A DNA stretch of 61,881 nucleotides, filler included, from Hausera hauseri (taxonomy: Eukaryota), in the NCBI GenBank assembly GCA_046269625.1. It is 11 parts of 11 records of this genome, joined end to end, with 100 filler letters (N's around TTAATTAATTAA, not from the genome) between each part and the next. Parts side by side here need not be neighbours in the genome. Positions count along the whole stretch, not along the records: positions 1 to 6,301 come from JBJURY010115543.1; positions 6,402 to 12,200 come from JBJURY010187082.1; positions 12,301 to 17,027 come from JBJURY010459134.1; 8 more parts are not named here. The stretch is one strand, 5' to 3'. The translations under genes and the position numbers were made by a program. Shown piece after piece: positions 1 to 12,459 of this stretch (within the stretch, counting starts at the first letter, position 1; every line of letters begins with the position of its first letter). The notes below the pieces were generated by a model. It worked only from the letters and a program-made list of their open reading frames with translations, was not told where the DNA came from and made no database searches.

Positions 1-1115
1 TAATACATAGGCCGATGTTATTTGAGAAAAATATTTAGGTGATATTGATAAAATGTGGGCATTATGTGATATAGGTAATTTATAGTCAAAGCAGAAAATA
101 TTTATTAGACATGGAATATGATGTACTAAGTATGACATAATAGGCATGGAATATGATAAGGAAATATAAGTAAAATACATTTAATAAGGGGGAAACAAAG
201 GAAATGTAAATATTGGTAATGTATTGGTAATTTACGTAATATATGCAATATAGGAAAAATATATGTACGTAATATGTAGGCAATACATAAGACGTATGGA
301 TAAAATATAGCTAAGATATAGGTAATACATAGACGAATTACAAGCAATAAGTGTAATATATGGGGTAATATGTGAAACAATGCATAGGTAATATTGGTAA
401 AATTTAGGTAATATACTGGAAATACATGGGGTAATATAGAGTTAATATAGGTGATACATGGGTAATATATTAGTAATACATATATATGTAGGTGATATAT
501 GTAGTAAAATATAGGTAATACATTATTTACCAAATCAATACAGATAACATATAAAAATACATGTAGGTAATACAATTAAAATATATGTAGGTAAAATATG
601 GCAATGTTGACTATGTTGAGATATTTAAATGTATATTGAGCTATGTTTAGCTATGTATGGATATGCAGAAATGTGAAGATATATGTAGATCTTTGAAATG
701 TAGAGTTATATGAAGCAATTTCAAACTTACTACTGTATAGGTAAATATAACACATTAATAAATCTACTCGTCATGCATGTTGGTTGCAAGTAGTGAGCAA
801 TACAAATGCATTAAACTTACTACTATATCGGTAGTAAGGTAATATATGTAATATATGTAATATATGCAATTAATGTGAAATATAGGTAAAATATGTTATA
901 TCAAGGCAATATATTTAAAATATAAGTCATAGAAAGGTAATATAAGTGAAATATTGGTAATATCTAAGTGAAATGTAGGCAATATATCTAATATGTAGAT
1001 GATATGTACCTAATATATGTAATAAGCAGGTAATATAGATAATATATTGGCAATTTAGATGAAATATTGGTAATATGGGTAATATCTAAGAAAAGTTTAG
1101 GTAACATATATGTTA
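1..1115. repeat. Low-complexity, strand-asymmetric (C-poor) region of degenerate GGTAATATA/GTAGGTAA motifs
   Basis: Recurrent ggtaat/aggtaa/aatata motifs. The minus-strand ORFs here are Y/I/H-rich compositional artefacts. Confidence 0.75.
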
Positions 1116-1630
1116 GTAGTTGAAGGTGGGCCCTATCCAACACCCAACTATAACAATGAGTAAATCAATTTAGTTAATTCAATTAAGCAGGTAAGTTCTA
1201 ACGTTCTCGTTAGAAGTTTGTACTTGATTTTACTTGCAGGTACTGCGTGCAATGAATGCTTCAAATTACAATCTCTAGTCTTAACTATAAATATTACAAA
1301 AGATTTTAAGCCTTAGTGTAGTCCAAGTCCCTCTTAAAGAGCGACGGAAAAACTATAACGAATTTTACAATACAATATATTAAACAACAAAATATACCAC
1401 ACACTTTTCACAATAGCAGCAATTAATGTCTTTACAGTAATCAGTATCCGGAATACTTCAGTCTGAATATCGGTTCGATTCCAAAACTCGATTTCAATTT
1501 TCTCTTCGAAATTTTCTCCAAACTTTGGTTCAAACTTGTTCAACTCTGTTCCAAAATTTTGTGTCTCCGACTTTAATTCAACCACTGCTTATATACCATT
1601 CGTTCATTGTTTATTTTCTTTCCCACGACC

Positions 1631-1722
1631 ATTATCAGCTTTTTAAATAATATTTACAGTCATTATCCGACTTTTTAACAATATTTACATTGGTTATCCG
1701 ACTTTTTAAAATACTGTTTACA
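1631..1722 (+). repeat. Three degenerate ~31-bp tandem repeats (TTATCCGACTTTTTAA-AATATTTACA)
   Basis: Copies begin near 1631, 1662 and 1693. Confidence 0.8.
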
Positions 1723-1841
1723 ATCTTTAATTCACGCTATCTACAATTTTAGCTAATTGTTGACATCCAATACATAACTATTCACAATTTACAATCTACT
1801 CTACACGTCTACAACAACTTAAACATACATAAAATGATCAG

Positions 1842-2330
1842 TTGCTTTTCCTACCAGAATCAAAAAAACCACGTGGTGGAAAGTTAAGAAAATTATTAAC
1901 ACATTTCGGTGACAAGGATCGATACGTAGTGCATTTCATAAATTTACAGCAGGCTATCCGAAATAATCTAATGGTCACCAAAGTGCATAGGGCTTTGCAG
2001 TTCAGTCAATCCAAATGGCTTCAGCCTTATATTCAAATCAATGCAGATCTCCAAGCAAATACAAAAACCAATTTTGAAAAAGATCAATTCAAATTGTACA
2101 ACTCAGTTTTTGAAAAACTATGGAGAATAAGAAACCGGCTGTCAATTGAGCTGGTCAACGACTAGAGAAGAGCAAGAAAGTTAATTGCAACGCCTAATTT
2201 CATACACAGCATTCTTTATTCTAAAAATTTTGCCAGTATCAAAATACAAAAAACGATTCTGAATTTCAACAAGCCGATTCATGTTGGAATGTCGATACTT
2301 CATTTATCAAAAACATTCATGCACGATTTA
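1842..2330 (+). pseudogene. Maverick/Polinton-type family B DNA polymerase remnant (palm/fingers)
   Basis: KLLTHFGDKDRYVVHF...FSQSKWLQPYI...FEKDQFKLYNSVF...KLIATPNF...FNKPIHVGMSILHLSKTFMHD. Homologous to about 15390-15830. A following fragment YDFHYNVIKPNFPDIQLMYI lies at about 4830-4892. Confidence 0.85.
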
Positions 2331-3894
2331 GAGGTTTGTATTGTGCAAAAGCCTTGTACAGGCCGCATAATACAATTTCTAAAATCCAGTCGATAAAAGG
2401 ACTGGTGAAAACGTGAGAAAATAATAACTCCAGTTTAGAATGTATATTGTAACAAATATTTTTTGATGGAGGTGATCGTGACGTCGTATGTAGGTGGAGT
2501 TGGACTCAACACTGTATGAAAATTTGGCGGACATGTTCTCGACGCCATGTGGTATTTGATAAATTTGATTGATTTGACTGTCGCTTAGTCAGTTTTGAAA
2601 CTTTTTTGGATCCAGGCACCAGCATTTCGATGGTTCTTCGTTTTGGTCGTTGTCGTTGTTATTGTCACGGCTGCTGCTTCTTGGTTGTTTGGTTCTTACA
2701 TCGCGTGTATTCATCTGCAGAAATTATATCAATATAATAATTATAATAAAATTTATCAAGAAATATCTGCATTCATGTCAGCATGAATTCGACTGAATTC
2801 GTATTTGATATCTGACTGATGATGTGAAATATTGTTGACAGTGGGGAATGTCGTTCACTCATTGGAAAACGATGAGATGTTGATGGCGGTACGACTGACA
2901 GAAATCGTGCGACGATGAACTGTAGTCAGAGTGCCGGATGATGCGGTCGGATGACGGTGTATTCAAATCGATGGACAAGTTCCATGACGAATTGATGAGT
3001 GATGGGTTCGTCGTAATTTTAGTAATTTTCATCGATAACGATTAGTATCGGTTGACAGTCGAATAGATCGGGCAATTTCGGTCGATCGTCTATTCGATTT
3101 GTGATCGGTAAATACACGATTCTGCACTGATGATAATGTTGCAGCGGCGACTGTGGCTAACGATGACGACGACAACAATGCGTATTTGCTGAAATTGCTG
3201 CCTTCCTTTTATTTAGAATTTTCTACTCGTTTGCTTATCTGTGTTGATTTGTTTCAATGACTGGCTGATTTACCTTAATCGTATTAGACCAGAAACGTCA
3301 GAAAATCACCCGATATTTGGAGGTGCTGGATTTGACCCATATAAAACATGAATTCTAGCACTCTGTATATGATTTCATTTGGTAATGTGTGGGGTTTAGA
3401 TTATTCCATTCTGAAATGATTATCTGTGCAAAATTTTCGGTAAAAATATCTAAATGAATTGGGATCTGAATATATTTTTTACAAAATGTTTAACAATCTG
3501 TCTTCAATGGTCATAACATAAAAGAAAACAAATTGTAATTTTTGAAACAACTGAAAAATAATGTCATAGAATTTTTTCTGAACAGGCAGGATAAATATGG
3601 CACTTGCTCGAAAAACTCCGGCAATTATCATCAACCATTATGCAAATTATTTTTCGTATTGGTCAAGCAAATTGGCAACAATTTCTGTCGTAACGATTTT
3701 TGATGAATCTGTCAAAAGCTTTGAAGAAGTCCGAGAGCTCATATTTTCACGCTCGGAATTTAAAAAAACAATCAAATCTCTATACAATTTTCACTGAAAA
3801 TTCTTTTAAAGCTTTCACAAGAAATTCATATTTTAAGATACTAAAATTAAAATCTGGAAATTCCTTGCTATCATACGTATCTGAATATTGACAG

Positions 3895-4100
3895 CCATTT
3901 TTTGTAAAGTTGCTTAGCAAATTTCAAATCTTTAGGATCGACGAATGCCAATAATGCATTGTTAAACGTAATGACGTTTGGCTTGATACAGTTTACTCGA
4001 ATTTCATTGAAAATCGACAGGATTCGACTTTTAACTCCAAATGTTCAATTTACCACTAAAATTATAAACAACGTAACAGCATATTGTACATCGGCAAACT
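3895..4100 (-). pseudogene. Degraded pentatricopeptide-repeat (PPR) gene fragment, possibly PTCD3-like
   Basis: Manual translation gives RILSIFNEIRVNCIKPN-VITFNNALLAFVDPKDLKFAKQLYK, with MYNMLLRCL upstream in another frame. This fits PPR consensus spacing. Confidence 0.5.
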
Positions 4101-4595
4101 TAGTGCAAAATCCGCATATATGCGGATGTTCTAGATGTTCTAGAATGTTTTGTTTTATGAGACAAATAACTTTAAAATGTTCTCAGATCAGAATATATTA
4201 TCTGCCATTGTCTTCTGATATATTTCAGTGTACAGTTTTCAGTTCAATATAAATTCGGTTTTGATCTTATTTTCAATATGTGGAATTTTCATATTTTTGT
4301 GTTATATGTAAAATTCCCCACGACAATATTTGGGTGCAATATTGGGAAGTATGCGGCTTTTGTTAGGTGTCGGCAGGCTCTCCCAATAAACTTGGGTATT
4401 AGTGTTTCATTTGATAAAATTATGCGGCATAAGGAGAGCTCGGGAGCCAAACCATGGGCTAATAATTAGTTTGAGGGATTTATCCTTTGTTAGTATGATT
4501 TCATTTTGATTGGCAACAGTATCTGTTGTCGATGAAAACCTGCATATATGAAGAAAAGATTTGCGAATCATAGTGACATGTAATTATAAAAAATT

Positions 4596-4743
4596 GCTCC
4601 GCAAGGACCATTCAACGGCAAAACTCCCCAAAGGAGGACAACGGCCCAACTAACGGCACCATCGAGGCGAAACCGTCCCGACCAGCCATGCTCTGTCAAA
4701 ATGGGCCAAGGAGCCTTCAGGCACGGTGGGCATCACACTGTGG
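4596..4743. repeat. GC-rich ~147-bp element, copy A (diverged copy B at 5698-5843)
   Basis: Colinear shared blocks GCTCCGC, CCAYTCAAC-GCAAAAC, GGCCC, CAAGGAGC, CACGGTGGGCAYCAC. Confidence 0.75.
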
Positions 4744-6301
4744 ATTTAAACAAACGCCTTTAAATCCACAGATTTTGTTACTGATTATATTTTTACGTGA
4801 ATGCGTGATTTGTTTGTAAAGCAAAACTTTACATACGACTTCCACTATAATGTCATAAAGCCAAATTTTCCAGACATTCAATTAATGTATATTGCTGTTT
4901 TTGTATTGTATTATCAACGCGCATGGTATCGAATCTGGAATTCCACATATCCATCATATTTTATGCAGTCGACGAAAACGTCCATCTTTAATAATTTTAC
5001 CAAACGCAATTCCAGCAAAATTATCTAACACTTTATGGTGCCTGCTTTTTTATATATCAGCAAAACTTTCGACACTCCGTTAATTACAAAACTGTAGGCA
5101 AAATCTGAAACTTTGGACATTCACGAGCAATGCAAATCACGACTGTATAAAAAATGGTCAAACTGATAATATCGCGATTAAAGTTCAAAAATTTTCTGTA
5201 ACATGTCCGAGAATATGTTTTTTAAACAACCTATTACTCCAGAAAGTGTTTTTGATTTTTCTTGATGCTTGTTTTGATTATACTATATAGATGTCTGCAC
5301 CATGGGGCAAAAATGCTACGTATATACAATCCGCCGGTAATCGTGCAATATACTACTCATATGACAAAACTTTGTCGTACATGATTTGGGAATGACTTGT
5401 ACAGTGTGTATTTGCATTTTTTAATAAAATTACATTGAATGAAGTGATACTAAATATTTATATAAATCGGTTTCAATAAAATACCATTTTTTACAATTGC
5501 AACGATCGACCATGAAAATTTTATAAATTACAAAACTAAACGTGTAAAATTGTATATAAATATGTACATAAATCACAATGGTAAAATTCTGGTTGAGGGC
5601 TACCTTTGAACATTATAAATAAATCACTATGGTACACGAAACCCGGAAAAACGGACAATGCGGCAGAGAATAGAAAACAAAAATAAAATAAAAACAAGCT
5701 CCGCTAAACACCACTCAACTGCAAAACCCTTCGAAAGAAACACGGGCCCGGTTACTGCTCAAGTGGGGCAAAAACGGGATGCCCGTTTGTGCCAGACCAA
5801 AACAGGTCAAGGAGCACAGTTCACGGTGGGCACCACGAGTGTGAGTCTGTTGGCATGTTACATTCATTTCCATTATTCATATTTCGTGATTTGGAAATTT
5901 TACATAACATTATTTTGAGTATATTAAAAATCGGTCGCCACAAACAAAATCTAAAACGATATCAGAATGTTCTAATTGATGTGTAATAAAAATCTGTTGC
6001 AGACTAAAGACGATTACTGCTGAATAGGCTCCCTTTGAAACCAGTGTTAATGGAGAAGAAAAGGAAGGTTTTCGTAATAAATCCCGTTTCAGGTCGTAGC
6101 AAAGAGGCAATGTATTTTGCAAAATCTCGATTTTATCAAAGCGATAATGGATTTGTTTGAGCTTCTCTACTTCCAATAATGACTATGCTTGGTAAAGAAG
6201 TTGCAGGACATGCAACCAATATGCTTATGAAAGCAGTTTCTGGATAAAGTAAAAACAAAAAAATTATGACGAGTAGAAATAATTATAAGGGTACTTCACC
6301 G

Positions 6302-6401
6302 NNNNNNNNNNNNNNNNNNNNNNNNNNNNNNNNNNNNNNNNNNNNTTAATTAATTAANNNNNNNNNNNNNNNNNNNNNNNNNNNNNNNNNNNNNNNNNNN
6401 N
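6302..6401. other. Artificial contig linker (N44-TTAATTAATTAA-N44). Identical linkers at 12201-12300, 17028-17127, 23591-23690, 29863-29962, 37441-37540, 41501-41600, 45805-45904, 50547-50646 and 55823-55922
   Basis: Ten identical 100-bp N blocks, each with the six-frame-stop TTAATTAATTAA core. Confidence 0.98.
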
Positions 6402-9400
6402 TAGCTGCAGCAACCACACATACCTCATCTCACGTAGACACGACTGTTTTCGCACAGCAACTACAATTAATGCAGAAACAATACGATACTTTACAGCATT
6501 CAATTTTTGCCATCACCGCCCAACTAAGTAATCTGTCTATGTCTCGGCGAGGTTAGACTCGTGCATTGCGTGAGCGTAGCCTCTCCAGGCACTCATTTCG
6601 TTCTAAATCTCCGGGAGGAGGAATGATTTGTTTTTATCACAATAAATTTTATAAAAACGCAGACAAATGTCTCCTAGGCTGTAAATTTTATGATAAGCGT
6701 TTTGCGGTGGACAGCCTTATCTGCATTTATCAAACAAAATTTCATTCTCTAGCCAGATCGTGGGTTCCGGGTTGTAAACATTATAAAAACAACTTCAGTT
6801 TTTCTTCATCTTCTTCTCCTCTTCGTTCTTCTTATAATTCATCTTCTTTTTCTTCACAATCTTCAAAAAGCTAAAAAGGCCACCAGATGTTAATGCATAT
6901 TCTGGCATAGGCAATACCGTTCAGTCTTGTAGCCGTTTTAACACCGTCTTCGCAGTTTTTCTGCTAAAAGCTACACTGTTCTCTAGCAGTGCTTCACATA
7001 TCGATTTTCTTATTGATTCAGGAGATACCTTTTCACTTCTTCCTTTGTCCTTCATATCTACATCCACTGCAGTTTCTCCTGCCATACTTTTCACTACCAG
7101 CGGTAAGCCTTTGCGCATTGCAGGTACCTCGGAACTAATTTTTACATTTTCAAACTTACTAAGCAAGTTCGTCTGGAAATTCCACGTGGCCAATATCAAA
7201 TCGCCCATAAACGGCTCATATTTTTTGGCCACATACAATCTGCTAGTTGACTGCAAGTATGGCTGTTTTCTACGTAGAAACGCCGTCGTGAACGTTAACA
7301 ATTGTCTTTAAGATAGCTCAACAGGTACTTCGTTTGCAAACTCACATATGAGTTTGGCAAATTGTCCGTCGGTTGATAACGATACATTTAGTAATTTATC
7401 TATTTCCTTAGTTACATCTCAAATATCGAAGTCGATTTTAAAACAATCGGTTAAATCGAATGTTGATGGTGACAGTGTTGGTTGTTCTTCGACAATCACA
7501 GCCACTACCTCCTCTGATGATATGCCTCAATCACTTTTATCACTAGATTCCAATCTTCAAATTCCAAATCCTACAGCACCTTTCGAACATCTCTCATCCG
7601 GAAAGAAAAGGCAGTTAATCCATTGGACTCCCGATTTATTTACCAAATTCGAAAGGACTCTGGTTTTAAGCCTCAAACAACAACTTATCACCGCATAGTG
7701 ACCAAATACCAACGACCTATCAGCCAATTGGTGAGACCATTATCTCCTCGTAGACGAAAACCCGCGGAATTAGAGTTTAACGAACTCGAAAAATCTGGTA
7801 TCATTCGGAGGTCAAAATCACCATGGGCTTCACCATTACATGTAGTAGCAAAAAGGACGATACTTTTGGACCATGTGGAGACTACCGTCAAATAAACAAT
7901 CTAACCATCTTGGATGCTTACCCATTACCGCTCATAAAGGACATCCTACACAGTCTTAGGCGTACCAATACTTATTCCATAATAGATCTGCACAAAGCCT
8001 ACCATCAAATTCCCGTTGCACCCGATGACATTCCAAAAACTGCTTTCATCATTCCATTTGGCCTTTACGAATATATCTTTATGCCATTCGGTTTTTGTAA
8101 CGCAGCCCAAACCTTTCAACGCCATATTGACACCGTTCTCTCAGGTCTTGATTTTGCTAACCCGTACATCGATGACATATTGGTTGCTTCCAACTCCGTC
8201 AAACAACACCATGAACATATACAAATTATTTTTCACAAACTACATCATAGCAACTTACAAGTTAACTTCTCCAAGTGAAACTTCTTTCAGAAAAGTGCCA
8301 ACTTCTTAGGCCATATTATTACTCCTCACGGTCACTCTATACAACCTGATCGACTACAGCAATTGAAAAATGTAACACTACCAACGACCACTACAGATAT
8401 AAGCAGTTTTCTTGGCACACTACATTTCGTCCATAAATACGGACCGCATTGCTCTGAGCTTACAGCACCTTTCAAACATCTCTCATCCAGAAAGAAAAGG
8501 CAGTTAATCCAGTGGACTCCTGATTTAGTCACCAAATTCTATCACTTACACGAAGGCCTAAAAACCGTCGAAATGCTGGCCTATCCAAAACCCAACGCGG
8601 AGGTGATACTTACCACCGATGCCTGTACCAAAGCTACTGGTGCAATACTGCACCAGATTTCAAACGGCGTCGATGTACCTTTAGAATTTTACTTTCTAAA
8701 ACTCACACAACCAGAAATCTGATATTAAACATTTGATCGTGAGCTACTAGCCATAGTTCTGGCAGTAAAACATTTCAAGCATCTCCTCTCTCGTCCATTT
8801 GTCATCAAAACCGTCCACAAGCCTCTGTTGCACATCATGTCACTAAAACAGCCATCACTGAGGCAGGAACGACAGATATCGTACCTATCTACATTTAGTT
8901 TTGTCATAAAGTATATTTCGGGTACTGAGAATTTGGTCGCTGATTTTCTATCGCGGTCGATGGGCTAAATTACGGTTAAACCAATACTTTCTACCGAAAT
9001 TCTAAAGTTCAATCAGCCATCTGCTGATATTCTTAGCTCTTTCAAATCCTTCAAAATCACTGATGGCATTGCATACGACATATCTAACTCCGGTAATAAA
9101 AAAATCATTCTTGCTCCTTCTTTCAAGAAACCACCTTTCCTTTACATGCATTCACTTCATCATCCAGGCTTAAAAGTCACGTTTCGCTTGCTCCAGCGTC
9201 ATGTAGTTTAACCATCAATGTGCACAAATGTAGAGGGCATGCGTAGGAGTGCGTAGCCTGTCAAAAATACAAAGTAAACAAACATCTTAAACCGCCGCTT
9301 TACCATTTCCATTGTACATTACGTCTTCATACCGTCCATCTTAACCTCGTTGGCCTTTTACCTTCTGACAACGGGTATTAACATATTCTCACTATGATAG

Positions 9401-10100
9401 ATCGTGCTTTTCGCTGGCCTTAAGCCGTTCCTCTCCGTTTAACAAACACTGATTCAGTAGCCGATGCCTTCATTAAAATCGGGATCAGTCGCTTTGGCTC
9501 CCCACGGCACATCATAACGGACCAAGATCCGCAGTTCGAATCGGAGCTCTTTAAATCGCTTGTTAAACGCTTGGGCATATCACATTTCCATACAGCACCG
9601 TATCAACCACAATCAAACGGCCTCCTTAAAAGGTTCCATCGAACAAAAAATTTCTTTAAAAATCTTGGCAGACAATTATCGCAATTGGACGTCCGTCCTA
9701 CCATTTGTTCTACTCGGGTGAGGCAACAAACCTTCCACCACCATGGGTTGTGCTCCAGCCGAGGCATTTTTTTGGACTCCAATACGGACTCTGTTTGAAC
9801 TTTCTGATCTCGAAAACAATCCGACAGACAAAAACATTCGCTCGGCACAGTCTCACTTCGTTGAGGTCAGCTCAAACTCGTTTTGCCGCCTATTTAACAA
9901 TAACAAATCGTACATTCCGAAGGAGTTATACTCAGACAAGTTTGTGTGGTTGAAGGATCAATCGCCTTCGAGTTTTCGACCTCATTATGTTGGCCCATAC
10001 AAACTTCTTCACCTCTCATCTCATACAGCTACCATCTTACGCCAAGAAAAACCCTATAGCATTCACATTTCGAATCTTAAGCCCGCTCTCTTGGTTGATG
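6402..10100 (+). mobile_element. Degraded Ty3/Gypsy LTR retrotransposon internal region: gag end, protease, RT, RNase H, integrase
   Basis: Gag CFYHNKF...C and CIYQTKF...C; protease FLIDSG; RT SPWASPLHVV, CGDYRQIN, IDLHKAYHQIP, MPFG, YIDDIL; RNase H LTTDAC, FDRELLA; integrase TDQDPQFES, PYQPQSNGLLKRFHR. Order PR-RT-RH-IN; many frameshifts. Confidence 0.93.
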
Positions 10101-11147
10101 ACAATCCGGATGCCGATTTTGCTTCCAATTCCAACTCAACTTTCACATCTTTTCTTTCCTTAAACTTTCTCCACGACTTCGCTCCGTTGCAGCAATAACT
10201 TTTCTTTCACACTAAATTATCCTCGTCTTCTGCACCGCTTACTGTACCTACATCACATATATCGTTTTCTTCGCCCGTCTCTCTTCCCTCTCTTTCGTCA
10301 TATCCACTGCCGTCTGTTTCATTGCCTTCAGTTTCTTCGCCTCTTTTGCTTCAGTTATTCTCTTTATCTTCTTCAACTTCTTCACCACAAGTAAGACAGC
10401 ACACTAAATCAGAAAATATTATGAAACGTCTGCCACAAAATGTATTTCAACAGCCAATCACAAATCAATGGAATAAGGCATGCAAAGTGACATTTATTTC
10501 CTATAGTAGGGAAAAATCCGTAGAAGGAATACATAACATATTTTGCGTTTTGTCCTTTTCTGTTTTAATTTATAATTTCTTTTCTGCTACGGTGTGTAAT
10601 GTAATGCCACAGTGTAGGACATGCCCTTCATTTTTGGCAATCGGGTTACCGTTTAGTTCAGCTAGGCCGGCACGGTTTTCTTCCTGTCCTTTACCTTTTG
10701 GCCTGTGTTTGATTGGCAGCCGAAGAATCCATATCATGTCAAATAAAATCAGTATTCTTATTTGGATGTTTATCAGGCTACAAATTACTCTATTTTTATT
10801 TTTACCGTTTGTTTCATAATCGTCGCTGAAAAGCCCGAATTGACGTTGGAAGTAATGAATGACAATATAAGCCCAACTAAAGCATGTCGAGCACATTAAA
10901 AAAATACTCACTAAATTCATCGGTTTTGCATAGTCCTGCAAAAAAAATACGGAAAGTAACTTAAGGCCCGTAAAATTTCTAGATTTTTACGGAAAGAGAT
11001 TGACATGTGCCGTTATCACAGTTTCATTACAACAATATCTTAATGCTCATCACCAATTATCGATCTGATGTAAAACACCTCAATAATATTACGTTGGAAT
11101 TACTTGCCAATTCGGGATTTAATCTAAAATATGGTGGATACAATGAT

Positions 11148-11305
11148 AGATATCGTACAGTTCAATTAAATCGTAGTAGAAATGCCGTGTACGTCAGATG
11201 TTAAATTTGTCTTGAAGATTATCAAACAAGAATAAATTACTTAAGTCAGGAAGTCGATGTATATGATGATTGAATAAACGCTTGTGAAGAAGCAAGTAGC
11301 AAAAG
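11148..11305 (+). pseudogene. ELOF1: Transcription elongation factor ELOF1/Elf1 C-terminal fragment with two in-frame stops
   Basis: TVQLNRSRNAVYVRC*ICLEDYQTRINYLSQEVDVYDD*INACEEAS aligns by eye with ELOF1 [46 protein letters not shown]. Confidence 0.85.
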
Positions 11306-12459
11306 GCAATTAATTTTCACTGAATATATTTTTGTATAGTTTCCCTTAGGATTTAGTATTATTTTACGAATAATTTAAAATTGGAAGTAACAGATTGATG
11401 TCAGTTATTCAGTATCACCGATCCCGAATTATTTCAATAAATTTGTACATTAAAAAAAGAAATTTTTTTTCAAATTTGATAAATATCTCATTCTCAAAAT
11501 TCTTCAAAACGGCGTACCACATCAAAAATAACGAAGTCTTGGGGAGAGTGCATGATAGTCTGATTCATCCGACCTTTTATTTTTTGTTTTAATACTCAAA
11601 AAAACTTTCTTTTTTTACTTGTATCAGTCCGACATTTTTTAACGCTAATACAATTTCTGGCATTCCTTAATTTTGAATGTTTCATCCGAAAAGATCAACC
11701 TGTACATTTTATTTTCACGATTACGGGAGTCTCATAACTATTGTCGGTGGTAAGTTGGAGCTCCCAAACATTCCTAAACCATCGTTTCCGATAATTGGCT
11801 ATAACGCTTATTTTACTAAAATTTTCCCACGACACCCCCTGGCCGAAAAAGCGGTCGAGAAATGGACTTTGGACAGAGTCATGTTGGTAGCACGTGACAA
11901 GACGATCAAAATTTTATATCGGTGAGAAGCTCCGAAGTGTAAGGGAGAGGACCTAGAGAGAAAAAAAGCCAAACAGGAAATTTTCCACAGCTTACGCAAC
12001 ACTAATTACTGGGAAACTAAAACTCAGTACAAAGGTGAATTCGATGTCGACTAATCAAATAGTTATATTTTTAAGCTCATTCGAGCATAAGAACATAAGG
12101 AAAACCGAAGGGTAAAGTTTCAGACTCAAAAAATTTCCCCTTGTCCAAGTCGGCCGGTAATGGAAATCAATTAGAAATGTAGCCCGTCATTAGATGTACA
12201 NNNNNNNNNNNNNNNNNNNNNNNNNNNNNNNNNNNNNNNNNNNNTTAATTAATTAANNNNNNNNNNNNNNNNNNNNNNNNNNNNNNNNNNNNNNNNNNNN
12301 ATGTATTTAATTGATTCATTAAAACAATAGTGCATTAAAACCAATCAATAAGCGAGGTAGTACGTGGTGATATTTCAATATTTTTCATTATTTCCTAGAT
12401 CACCTCAACGAAATGTGAGTCTTTTTAATTGTGCTCCTCAAATAATTGGTTTATTTTAG

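Noticed and set aside
86-575. Minus-strand ORFs of 65 and 149 aa
   Set aside because: They are products of low-complexity biased sequence
5820-5840. Thioredoxin-like WCPPU selenoprotein motif on the minus strand
   Set aside because: The surrounding sequence has no thioredoxin pattern, and the other copy has the stop at a different position
6346-6357. Recurring TTAATTAATTAA motif as a biological repeat, and ORFs running into X tracts
   Set aside because: It is an artificial six-frame-stop linker, so synteny across it is meaningless
10570-10941. Sarcoglycan-like gene; also NPRL2-like at ~18230-18400 and a kinase Gly-loop at ~6020
   Set aside because: Similarity is too short and weak to support without a search
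11202-11275. Alternative genetic code (TGA=Trp, TAA=sense) in ELOF1 and other fragments
   Set aside because: Stops replace many different residues and co-occur with frameshifts, consistent with mutational decay; TAF1 is open in the standard code
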